DNA of 64,000 bases from Phoronis australis (Eukaryota > Animalia > Phoronida), in contig NMRA01000014.1 in the NCBI GenBank assembly GCA_002633005.1, positions 149,150 through 213,149 on the forward strand. Reading direction: 5' to 3'. The position numbers and the translations under genes were made by a program. Below, piece by piece: positions 46,901-58,612 of the stretch (position 1 is its first letter; every line of letters begins with the position of its first letter). The notes beneath the pieces are model-generated. The model did no database searches and had not been told where the DNA came from. It was given only the letters and a program-made list of their open reading frames with translations.

Positions 46901-49900
46901 ACCATCTCAAAGTAGAACACTTTATCCGGTTGGCTGGCGAACCTGTTCATAGATATAACAGAATTCAGTCGTAGATATTGAAAATGAGTATCATATCAAC
47001 AACAATCACAATTGCTACAGTCTCGAAAACGCAAGATCGCTTAAGTCTTCTCGAGATATCGCCTTGCATGGCACAGCATCCATTCAATCGGCACTGCTTA
47101 GAATGTTTCCGTAGATGAGGAAATTTTTCCTATGTCTTACAATTGGGAGCTACGAAGCTAGTTTATGCAAACCACAGCATTAGATTTAGGCGTAAGGGTT
47201 TTTTTTTTCATTTTTAAGGTTATATAGGAACCTTGTACCTCTGAACGTCATATCTCAGAAACAGCTGATCATTCCGATACTACGCTTTATACATTGCTCC
47301 CCAAAAAGGCTATTAGTGTTTGTTTATGTAATTTCCTAGTTTTGCATGAAGAATTATCCAAAAATAAGACTTTTATGATTTTCATCATGAAAAAACAAAA
47401 GTAGTATAAAACGAAAACGAAATAACTTAGAAAATAATAATACCTAAACGTTTTTGAGATATCGTCATGTACATTTAATATGTCAAATGAAATTTAGTTA
47501 TGTTGTTGATAGCGCTGTTTTCCTATCAGTGGACTATAATTGCTCACTACTGCTAAAAAGATATCGTCACGTGACTCAATTAATTCCAGATTGGCTTTCT
47601 GCTTTCAGAAACTCCACACTTTTACAGAGTTAAAATCCATAATTTTGTGGATATTTGGCTAAGTACGTGTACATGTCGGTAAGGTCATACATAACCTCAA
47701 ACAATTAAAAGAATTGAACGTAGGCCCCTGCGTTTTTGTGTTTGTCTGAAAAAGCTACGACATCCACTGAGAAGCATAAAAGAAATTAGCATATAAAATA
47801 ATTATTTACCCTTGGCATCATCATACAAAAAATCATCATCGTCGTCATGATCATCATCATAATCGTCGTTATCGCCTATGTCCTTGTCACCAGAACCCTC
47901 AGGCTTGCGACATTTTCCTTCCTTCAAGTCGTCGTCTGCGCACTTGGCCTTTTGGAACTCACACCTGTTGTTCGAATACGGACAAGATTGGTAAATGTTT
48001 TATTGTTTAATGATAACCTAGAGGGGAAAATCAAGAGAGAGAGAGTACTCGAGTCGTGAATGAACTGGAGTGAAATCTGTACTGAATGCAAACTATATTA
48101 AACAAAACAAACGTCTTAAAAGGAACCAAGAATCATCCGAGCCTAAATACGGAGATGTTGATGGTGTAACGAGATAGAAACTAGTGACACGTGTGAATTA
48201 CAATAACGCCTAGCATGCTCAAGAAATCATAGCCTTTAAACTGAAAAAGCGTTACGTCTACTGTATAAAATGTGTTGATTTTGAATCCGATAGATGGTGC
48301 TTCAGTCTAAATGCTTACCAAACGTGACACCAGGGCTGCATTTAGGGACCATGAGAACTTCAACATCGAATAAGCAATAAGTAAGTATACACATACACAT
48401 ATAGATATCGTTTTATTTCACAATGCACTTAAATTCATTTGTGTGCTATTCCAAATAGGCTTCATGAGAAATTAGTCACGACCTGAAAACGAGTTCTCCA
48501 AGCGTTACGTCTACATCCGTAAACATTTACAACCGACATTCCCACGACAACGCTGTATCGACGGTATTCACGCCGCAGCCTACTTACTTGTTACGATATA
48601 CTGTTCCCTCCCGATCGCAGACATTGCGTTCTTTCATTGCCTTGCAGTCGACCTGCTTGACCAACTTACAGAACCAACTGACTTTGCTCGGTTTCGTTGG
48701 TCGAGGGCAGTCAACTTCCTTCAGCTTCGGATTGCTACATTTGGCTTGCCTGAAAGCGCACCTGTAAGACAATTTGGTAATTCTGAATTCAAAACCCAGT
48801 CTCCGAACTCGAGTTCGAGTTCCAGCTTACAGCTTCTTCTTTACTGCGACGAAAAAACTTTTTTAGCCACAAGGTACTACCGTAGCTAAAAAAAAACGAG
48901 GACCAAGAAATGGCGTCACGATCTTTTCATCAGTCTGGAAACCGTTGTCAGTTAAGTTTCGCCATCTCTCACCGCACTAGGTATAGTGGAGGAAACTAGC
49001 GCGAAAAATAAAACTGCCATTGACATGCTCTATTCAGTAGAAACACTTCCTTAAAACTTCATAAAGATCTTTCAAATCTTTCAAACAGTTTGCAGGAGAG
49101 TGTGGCGGATGCCAAAAATCGAACACCGAAATACTTGTTGCCACTAGGGGGCGCACAACACGACAAAGCTGTCCGAAAAATGTAGCTTGACATTACTCCA
49201 CATCCAGAACACCTCGTAGCCTCAAAGTATGTGTTTCACGCCTTTGCGTGGGTGAACATCAGGCAATGACTTAAAGGGATTTGATCAAGAGACGGCTAAA
49301 ATAAGAGCTTCAGCCAAGGAGGTGCCAAACATAATACGCGATGGCCATTCTCAATTTGTGATCTGGCTCAGCGGCTGATGTATCGTTATTTCACGCTTTA
49401 TCTTGTTATCACAGTGTTATTCCGGCACCACTACTTGTTAACAGTCACATGACTTTGCTGGTCTGGCTGAAGTTCGCACTTGCACAGATATACAGAATTT
49501 GTTGAATACACGACACTTTTCATTTTTCACGGTCTTTATTCCGTTGCGATCATACTTTCTGAACAAAACTCTACTCTCTACTGAACATAGATACAGTAAC
49601 TGACCTAGCGACATAATTAAAAAGACACACGATATTTCGAAACATACTTGTTTCATTCTCAAGTGAAGATAAAATGACGCATTTTATCTTCACTTGAGAA
49701 TGAAACAAGTATGTTTCGAAATATCGTGTGTCTTTTTAATTATGTCGCTAGGTCAGTTACTGTATCTATGTTCAGTAGAGAGTAGAGTTTTGTTCAGAAA
49801 GTATGAACGCAACGGAATAAAGACCGTGAAAAATGAAAAGTGTCGTGTATTCAACAAATTCTGTATAACAGAAAACTTGCTCCCGAAGTACAGTCACTTG

Positions 49901-52900
49901 CACAGATATTAAACATCCCGAAGAAATAATTTAAGGCTAGGAGACGATAATACCCGAGTCTACGACACGAAAATGCCCGAGCTGTTCTGGGTTTTCCCTA
50001 ACTGACATAAAACATAGTATCTCTAAATATTATTTAAAAACATTTTTGTACTTGAAAAATACATATATAACATGTCTAGAAAATATTTCACTCAGAATAG
50101 ACCTCGAAAGATTTAGATCTTCGGAGCATTCCTTATTCATGGAAGGTTTCGTCGTCTTGATAGAGATGACAGGATATATCCTTGTTGTAGTGAAAAGGTG
50201 AAATTAGAAATACACTTTCTTGTTGAGTCGAGTCTATATTCAGAGCCACGTGCGCAGCTTTTGCCTAGTTTGGATAAAGTGGACAAAATAACATTCAAGA
50301 ATTCTGTGTACTTCACAATGGTTTAAATGCTCTGAGAAAATTTGCTAAATACCTTAGATACGTGGGAAAAGATGAATTTTGGTGTAGATAGTCTGTACTC
50401 ACTGTGTATTATGTATTTCTAATGTTTGCCTGGGGCCGGATGAAATAAAGCCTATTAGTAAAGGTCCATGGATGGCATAAATAAAAGCAAACACAACAAA
50501 CAAAAATTGTCGATAGGTGGCAGAACAGTGTTCGAATTTGTCTCAGAGTCGCGTTCACCAGTCGTCACGATGCTCATCGGATAATCCCGCGGCCAAGGAA
50601 ACAAATAAAAGGGGTACATTTATTTGTGGTATGAAGAAACCATAATGTCAGACATATCTTTTGAGTTCGTGCTTACCTAAATGTAAGGAGAGAGAAGAAA
50701 ATATCAAATAATTATAGGCTTCAGCCATTAGCTTTCGGACTATACTGGCCCTTGGAGGTAAACTAAGAATCACTCGATTTCGAAAATTTTATTGTTCTAT
50801 TTACACCAATTTCTAGCCTTTATACATTTGCACGACGTTTCAGTCGGCCGTGTCTCTGGCCATATTCAGGTGTTCCAGTATTCTTAGAAGACTGAGCAAG
50901 GGTATTTGGTACACTCATGGTGGTTAATGACGAGCACCCATTTCATTGTGCTCATTCAATTCATTATAGTCCAGCGTGAGGTTTACAACATTATGTCCTG
51001 CCAGTGTAAATAGGCTAGAGGTTAATGTAAATAGATAGCCACACTTTCAGAAAGGTGATATTACACTACCATTTCTAATCAGCTAGGTGAAGTTCACAGG
51101 TAAGCAGTTTTAATTAATTTCCCGAACGGATAAATCAAAATTAGAATTTAGTTTATTTCTGTAACGCGACCGATCTTATATTAAGCGCGAAACTCGAAAA
51201 GCGCATGAATAACAATCTTACAGAAGAACTATATTCTTTTATACACTTGTTGTTGATGCTGATCTTGTAACTTACATACGCATCGCATGAAATACGATTT
51301 CCCTTACCTAACGAGGGTGAGTGGGGTGAGTGAGGACGGCTTTATGTGTTATTTGGCGGCTTTACGAATACACTGTTCAATCACTTACTTGTTTCTATAC
51401 GAATTTCCCTCGTTGTCGCAACGTTTATCTTTCCGTTTCTGTGCACAGTTGAGTTTAGCAATTTCAAGACATCTTTTCTGAAATTTGGTCAACTCTTCCC
51501 CTGACCCCTCGTCACATTGCCTCAACTTCAGATCGTCGTCTTTACACTTTGCTTTCTTGAACTCACAACTGGATGTCCATAAAGAGAATACATAGACTTA
51601 CTGATGAATCAAAGGACTCGACACCACTTTGGTACACGATTAGGATGAATTTCGCGTGCAGGATTTATTATTAAATTTTTATGGACCGTTTAAGTAAGGA
51701 GTATTACCGCCACTTTTGTTTTTAATATGACGAAGAATAATGTGGCTAAAAACGAAAACGAAGACAAACATTCTTTGCAAGTGCATAATACAACTACTTC
51801 GAATATACCTCGACAACTCATTGGCCTACTTGAAAAAAAATGAAAAAATGGGATTTAGAGCATTTTTTAGAAAATAATTCAATTAAAGTAATTTTGGAAG
51901 TTTTGATTATCGTTGGAAGCACTTATTACATGGTTACAGGAAAGTACGCGAAAATGCCAACGATGAAAAATACAGAGAACTATTCAAAACACAAGACGGA
52001 TCTTTAGGGTTTAACTTTGCATAGATTCCTTTAGACTACTTGAGCAACTGCCTCCAACACATGAGCTCACACAACAAGTTAAATCACTCCCAACCATCCA
52101 TGTGGCACTCAGTTAGGCTGTAGCCGAGGTCAACTTGCTGTGCTGGGAAATTAAATATTGGAGGTAAGCCAAGTTTGGCGGCAGTTTTGAGGCAGGCATT
52201 AAATTTAGGCTCAGTGAATCCTGTTTGCTTGTGTTTGTGAACATGCTGGAAATAAGAAAATTCCACTTCTTCGGCTGTAGATACACTTCAAAATGGCGGT
52301 ACACTCTACTTGAAAATGGCGGCCCCATATAGCATTGTGGCACTGCTGGGTAGAGAATGAGACACCTGCTGCGATTTCAGTTAGCCCTTAAACAACACAG
52401 AATTTAAAAAAAATCTAGTTGGGTGGCAGCACTTTTGGACCACATTTTTGTGGAATTAGAAGGAATTTTTCTTTCAGAATATAGTGTTGGTTTGTGTCTA
52501 GCATTGGCAGGGAAGTGGTGATTTGGGGACGAAAACTGTTAATTTCTGTTTTTTCAACTTTGTTTCGGAACCTGACTTCCATTTAGGCGGGAGTGAAAGG
52601 GACACAAATATGAGACAGGGTAAAGTTTCTGTGGTTATGTGTAGCACTTTTGATCTGAAACGATTCACAACTTCTCATTTTGTTCCTACAATTTTCGACA
52701 AAGTGGAATGAAGGCAGCCAACTAATCCACTGGTATGTTCTCTGACAGGCAAACCCCAGTGGAAACAGTACAGTGCCTCCCTAGGCCCTACAGATGATTT
52801 GTGACATCACCAAACATTAAATATCACGTGGCATTTATTTACATAATGTAACGCGTGTAGGCTACTATTATGCATGTTGTGTTGCCTGTCAAGTATTATT

Positions 52901-55900
52901 TTGGATGGCCACTAGATGTCACCACTGTTGTTTTAGGTGGCCATGGGTGTGTCGCTGTGTTGTTCTTTTTTCTAGGATAGAATGACTATTCTTTGGCACT
53001 CCAGTTTTGTCCGACTTCAGTCACCCGACACTCATTCCAAATTAATGCATATAGCGTATCTCATTTACTAAAAGCGTATAAACGGATGATTAGAACTGCT
53101 CGTTCTATCGACCAAGCTGAGGGAGCTCATTACGCGCAGGGTTTGTTCCAAATTCGTTTACTTCGTAAGCCAACACTTGCCTCTGTTACCTGAATGTTCT
53201 CTGTTAGGACCTGTTTCCACACAGTTACTACATAGGGGGATATTAGACGAAAACGAGTGACATTATTGGACATCAAGTGCCGAGTAAAGTGACCTTTCAT
53301 GCTTTTGATAATAGGAGACTGAAGTATAGGAGCTGATCACGTGACCCGTGACTCTTATTGTCACCTAGCCGTACCAGGAAGTACTTCTTCTTCTTCACAG
53401 CGGATGGTAAGTAGGGAAACGTATCGACTTCATGAAAAGACCTTTTTACAGTGAGTGTGATTCGACGTGGTGCTTCTAAACTAAAGGGAAGTTGTCTAGT
53501 TTCTTATCCGTTACGGATATCCCTTCCCTGCCGTCACCAAATCGCTGCTTGAAAGTCTCCCAGTAGGGCTTCATGACTAATGATTTTCTTTCTGGAAAAC
53601 TTATCGAATGACCGACATTTTTTAGGAATTTCTTGGGTCGGGGTTTCCCAAGCAATTGTTGCCGTTAATCGTCATTGGTCTACGAATAACCTACGTTTGT
53701 GGGAAACAAAACGCAATATGAAAATAAAAAATTCAGACTGAGAAAGATACTGCACCCTTGAAAATGATTTTCGCAAGAAGGTCAAGTTTAATCATGAGCT
53801 ATGCAGCTAAAGCTTTCCTAACTTACTCAAATGTTTTTGATGCCGGTTGATTTTAAAAGCCTCATTTGGTTTCATACAATCTCCAGTAGGAGTCGTCCTT
53901 GCAGTCACTTATTTTGGTGTTTTCCACAAGTGACATCTCTTTTAATGACACATTCAGTACTGACATTGCACCTCAAGTATTTTTTTTAATCCCAGTTTAA
54001 AACAGGGACACGCAATGTCGTCGATTTCCACTACGTTTCATTTGGTACTCAGTTCTTGATGAGCCTGTCTCGCGATCTGATGGCCGGGCAGGCTACACAC
54101 TAGTGAGATGGTGCGCACACGTTAGCGACGGCTTACGTAGTAAATGGTTCAAGTGGTATCTTATGTTCAGATAACAGCATTTTATGTTTACGGAAACGAG
54201 TAAGAAAGCCGGCATAATTAAATGAGTTTTCACCCTAGATTCATTCCGTATGTGCGTTACTGAAACTTTCTTTGACACGGTGGCAATTAGGATTGGCCAA
54301 TTTGGATATTGTGAGCATTTGTTTGTCCGCCCTTGACATGCCGTTCATTTTTAATATGGCCGACCTCTGCAAATTGGGCTCTGCCACACTTCACCCCATT
54401 AAATCTGTTTAATGACGGTCATAAGTGGCAGTAGCACATAGTAGCATGCACGTATATCCTGGGGTTGGGGTCCAAAAACGAGGAGTCAAAGTACCAAGTG
54501 TATTAAAACAACAAGATCTTCGTATTTTAGGCAGAGTGAAAATACGGTTTTTGGACTATTTTTAACTCTTTTAAATGGGAATTATGGCTTTGAGATATTG
54601 TTTGACCCCGGAGATGAAAATGTTTTGGCCTATTTTTAAATCTTGCATGGAAAATATATTTCCTGTGATTTTTCCGCTATGGCTTTTCATTTTAAATTGA
54701 TACGTAATCATTAATTACCTACATTGTACAGGGATCCAGATTTGTATACGTCGGTAATCATAACTAGAGGTGACTGATACAACAGTATTTACCTTACACA
54801 ATCCTATACGTATTGTTTTTTATTCTGTTTTCATAATTTTTAGTTTTAAAAGTGAATTTTACTAATTTATCTGACTCAAAACTGGCTTCATAATGGCAGA
54901 ATACAACAATGAAAAATGATGACCGATGTTGTTCAAACGTCTATGTTGACATCCCGACGGTTTTGGAAATAAAAACTGACATGTTACGATAGCTGTTGCC
55001 TTCCTTGTCGCAGACTTTGCGCTCATCAAAAGCCTTGCAGTCAACTCGAGATAGTCTTCCACATGAGTACTTGTTATCAGCAAATACCACTGTAAAAACA
55101 GAGTGACGTCTAAACAAATGTGGTGAATTACTACAAGATTACCATGCTTTTAAAAATTCTCTGATTCTGTTTACGGTTTTCGTTCTCTTCGTCCGATTTC
55201 AGCCAAGAACAACATGCTTCGAGAAATCTCCAAATCACGCACTGTGTCTAAATTACACACTGATCGGATAAGAAATGACAAAGCAAGAAAACTAATTAAC
55301 TAAGTAGCTCACTTGGAGAAATTTCATTTCACCAAGTTATGTCAGCTGTGATACGCCGTAAAATGTAACAATTTCGTTGCTAGGCCTCTCCTAAAATGTA
55401 ACAAGATGTTACATTTTATGTAATTGTTACAATTTACGTCGAATGCACGTGCGAGAAATGTACCATGATTGTTACATTTTACGAAACCACCGTCATATTT
55501 CATAAGTTTGTATGATATTTGTCACACGGAAGAAAACCGTTCATACATTTAACTCCTTCTTTCTCGGATTGTGTGAATGAAATTCTATCAAATGTGCCAG
55601 GTTGAACTTATAGATGTGTCCCTATGTGCTTTACGTGGTTTTTTTTAACATGGTTAGTTTTATGGTATAGTCAAAAATGCACACCGTACAGTTTCAACTT
55701 CACACAGAAGTTTTCAGGATCAGGTAACAAGATTTTTGTTGTTAAAGCGTTCTTGCAATCTTTTGTTGACGCTCACAGGTCATAAACCAATTGTGTATAC
55801 TGCATTACAGTAAACACACTTCCCTTGGTAAGTACAACAATGACATCGTATTTGGCTAATATTTATCGTATTTCTTCGGGAAGAAACGACAATAACAAAA

Positions 55901-58558
55901 TTTTTCATAGATAATTCAATTTCGGAAGCCAATTTGATGGGGAAAAAACACCAGTTTTAGTCCACGATAGTTTGGTTCATTTTGGTCAGTGTGTTAGTGT
56001 CGGAGTCATCGCTAATGTATTAATGGTCCTGCTCCACACAAAAGGAGCAAAACCAATGTTTCTGATGCCGACGGGCTCTGTCTACCACCTTAGTTATGAA
56101 TGACAATTTCTTAAAGAAATTGTGGTGGAAGGAAGTAAATGCACGCATTTATTTGCCGACAGGTTGACAGATTTTGCCAAAGCAACAGCAAAATATCGCC
56201 TTTGAGAAGGGCGAGCCAATAGTTTAAAAAAGTGGCGGCATACGTACGTGTTTTATACAGCTTAAAAGCTGAAAGAAATATCTTTGTCCCTATGAAGTCA
56301 AACCTGTCTGAAACAGTGGTGGTAACAACAGGTCTGAGCGTGACGTGTATACGTAAAAATGGGATGCCTAGCGGGGGAAATAGAAAATATTTTGCACTCT
56401 AAATGACGTGATTATTTTGCTCAAACCTTGACAGGTCTAAGTCTATAGTTTAAAGGGGCAATAGTCCAAAAAGCTGACTGTCGGCCTTTCGGACCATAAA
56501 AACATGCACTTTCTCTTTCTATTATCTTTTAAGATAAAATATGAAATAAAATTGTTATTTCTTCAATGTTTGTTAATTCGAAGTGTATATAAATAAAGAC
56601 AAAGATTGCACATTCTATTATTAATGGACGTGAAGTCACGTGTCTCATGAGGCGACATTTTTGTGTTGCGACTCCCACATAAACGAATTCGGTATATTTA
56701 CCCTTTTGATACATTGCATAAGATGCTTATATTAAACATCACTGACTTCGACGTTGGCGGTTTTTGTTCCACACAATCCACTTTCAAGGAAACCTAGTTT
56801 AAATCACTCTGTTAAATCACTGTATTTTTCTAATAATATTGTGGCCCGTTCCATATAAAATTGTTGGCGTTTTGTATGTCCATTACCAGCTATTCTAATG
56901 ACCCATCGACCGCAGCTGACTAATCGTTAGTTCTCGAAAAATGTCTGCCTCCAGAGTTCAACTTAACGCAAATTTGAACTTACACATCATAGTGGAACAA
57001 TCCACAGTCCTTTGACAAGGAATGTTTTCAACAAGAGACAAAAATGATTACACGGTGGGTATCCTTACGTTTAGATGAAAGTCGCGAGTAAAACAGTGGG
57101 GTCTGAATTCATTTCTTCTTGGCAAACTATAGATGGATATAATTATATTTACAAACAATACAGTACTTGCCGGTAGGTTAGAAATAATCAATTTTTGAAG
57201 TGGCGCACGTCTAAACAACATTTCAAACCTCAACCTCCTCGTTTCCAAAAAGTAGGCCTACTCTGCATCCACAGCTGTTAAGACGTTCCTCAAAATATCG
57301 TTAAGGCTGAACATGGGAACACTTTTAAAATTCTTTGGAACGGCACTCGCTGTCCACTATGGAAAGCCCGATGAAAATATTGAACTATCACTTTACTAAA
57401 TATGGATTGTGTCCTCGTTAAATAAATTTAAAAATATTCATAATAATAGCAATAACGATAACGAAAACGATAACGAGTAACAGTAGTGATAGTAGTAATA
57501 GCAGTAATAGTAGTAATCGCAATAGTAATAATAGTAGTAGTAGTAGTAATGTAATAATAATAAAAATGATAATAGGTAGCCAAATTCATGTCGTGTCAGC
57601 CCGGAGTGCATTCTATAGAAGAGGTATACGAAAAGTGCCGTCCAAAAGGTGTTTTTTCACAGAAAAAAATACTCTCCAAAATGGTGCCATTTTCGACAAA
57701 ATTATATCTAAAAGGTGCCGTTCCTGAACTTCTGGATCAAAAGTGGGCGAAAATGTGAATTTTTACGCAAATTAGTCTCTAAATAGGTCACTTTTTTTTC
57801 CGAGCCCACTCTCTAAACGGGTACGTATTCAATTTTTTCGGTTGGCACCCCTCGTACAAAAATACTTCAGTACCCCTGGTTGTGTCAGATACCACTTATT
57901 CTGGACTTTAGTCGTTTTCCTTGCATGTAACAATGGTGCATTTCTCGCGTGTGCGTTCGACGTTAAATGTTACAACTACGTAAAATGTAACAACTTGTTA
58001 CATTTTAAGAGAGGCTTTAGAAACGCAACATGTAACAATGACGTAAAATGTAACAGTTGTTACCTTTTACGAAATTGTTACATTTTACGGCGTATCACAG
58101 CTTTGATGCGTGTTGCCTAAACAGTATGCCGTAGTTAATATCACTGATTACCATACGTGGGCGCTCCAAGTATCGTCTAATTGGAGTGCGCTCAATATTG
58201 AAGTCTAAACGTAAATTACCTACTTGCTTATGTAGATAATGGACATAATAATGTTTTTGTCGATTGTCAAGTGAGTGGGTATTGACACTGATCCCAACCC
58301 CCAGATCGTGTTTTGTAAAATTGGTTGTCCAGTAACTACCTCAGTAATTACGAGTTATTAAGAAAATTGTACGACAAAATGCTAATGTAGTCTTTTAGAC
58401 ATGCATTTCCCAGTGACGATTAAATTTTGTGGAAACATTGAAAGTGTTGGGACAATATACGAACAGAGGAATATACAGTGAATTTGCCAGACTGTATTTT
58501 ACAGTGTAAGATAAAATCACTTACCACCTATTAGTACCAACAAAATCAAACCCCTCAT
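44000..58558 (-). CDS. Secreted five-Kazal-domain protein with acidic Ser-Gly linkers, 346 aa. Exons 58558-58525, 55089-54981, 51568-51389, 48761-48588, 47964-47810, 46942-46837, 45205-44993, 44069-44000
   Basis: Eight GT-AG exons splice in frame from the signal peptide MRGLILLVLIGVVFA to a TAA. There are five 6-Cys repeats C-x7-C-x(7-8)-C-x6-Y-x-N-x-C-x-F-x2-A-x-C...C, the last with canonical VCGSDRATYRNQC. Linkers contain DEGSGEE, PEGSGDKD...DDYDDDHDDDDD and EGSGDGSGDGDGSGDGDDD. Confidence 0.88.
46519..46758. mobile_element. MITE (hAT-like) with a 5-bp flanking duplication GAACC; a related inverted fragment lies at ~45335-45410
   Basis: TIRs CATGCGCGCAC / GTGCGCCCATG, G/C-run subtermini, and GAACC on both sides. 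Confidence 0.65.
49010..49180 (-). repeat. Internal fragment of the same HINE family
   Basis: Shares TTGCCACTAGGGGGCGC and AAAACTTCATAAAGATC blocks with the copies at 373-10140. Confidence 0.4.
49489..49867. mobile_element. Foldback palindrome (188-bp arms, 3-nt loop) with Tc1/mariner-type TA|CAG...CTG|TA ends
   Basis: 49489-49676 is the reverse complement of 49680-49867, with one mismatch seen. It generates the mirror-image ORFs at 49438-49662 and 49694-49912. Confidence 0.9.
49990..50450 (+). mobile_element. Degenerate 3' end of a non-LTR retrotransposon ORF2
   Basis: Frameshifted translation LERFRSSEHSLFME...RDDRIYPCCSEKVKLEIHFLVESSLYSEPR resembles the C-terminal (C)CHC region of LINE ORF2 (FRxxxHxL...CxxC...ExHFLxxCxxYxxxR); AATAAA follows. 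Confidence 0.6.
55344..58102. mobile_element. ~2.76-kb non-autonomous TIR DNA element in intron 1 of the Kazal gene
   Basis: AGCTGTGATACGCCGTAAAATGTAACAATTTCGT at 55344 is mirrored at 58069-58102. The arms of ~140-170 bp contain TGTAACA/TGTTACA subrepeats. No ORF of note lies inside. Confidence 0.8.
57440..57573. repeat. Imperfect (AAT/AGT/AAC)n microsatellite
   Basis: Read directly from the sequence. Confidence 0.85.
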
Positions 58559-58604
58559 GTTGTAATGAGTGCAACGATGGGGGTATGTTAGGTATTGTAC
58601 ATCA

Positions 58605-58612
58605 TTTATATA
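58605..58612 (-). promoter_or_regulatory. TATA box of the Kazal gene
   Basis: TATATAAA on the minus strand, ~47 bp upstream of the ATG at 58558. Confidence 0.6.

Noticed and set aside
49438-49912. Two near-identical ~73-aa ORFs on opposite strands suggesting a gene pair
   Set aside because: They are the two arms of one DNA palindrome and start at non-ATG codons.
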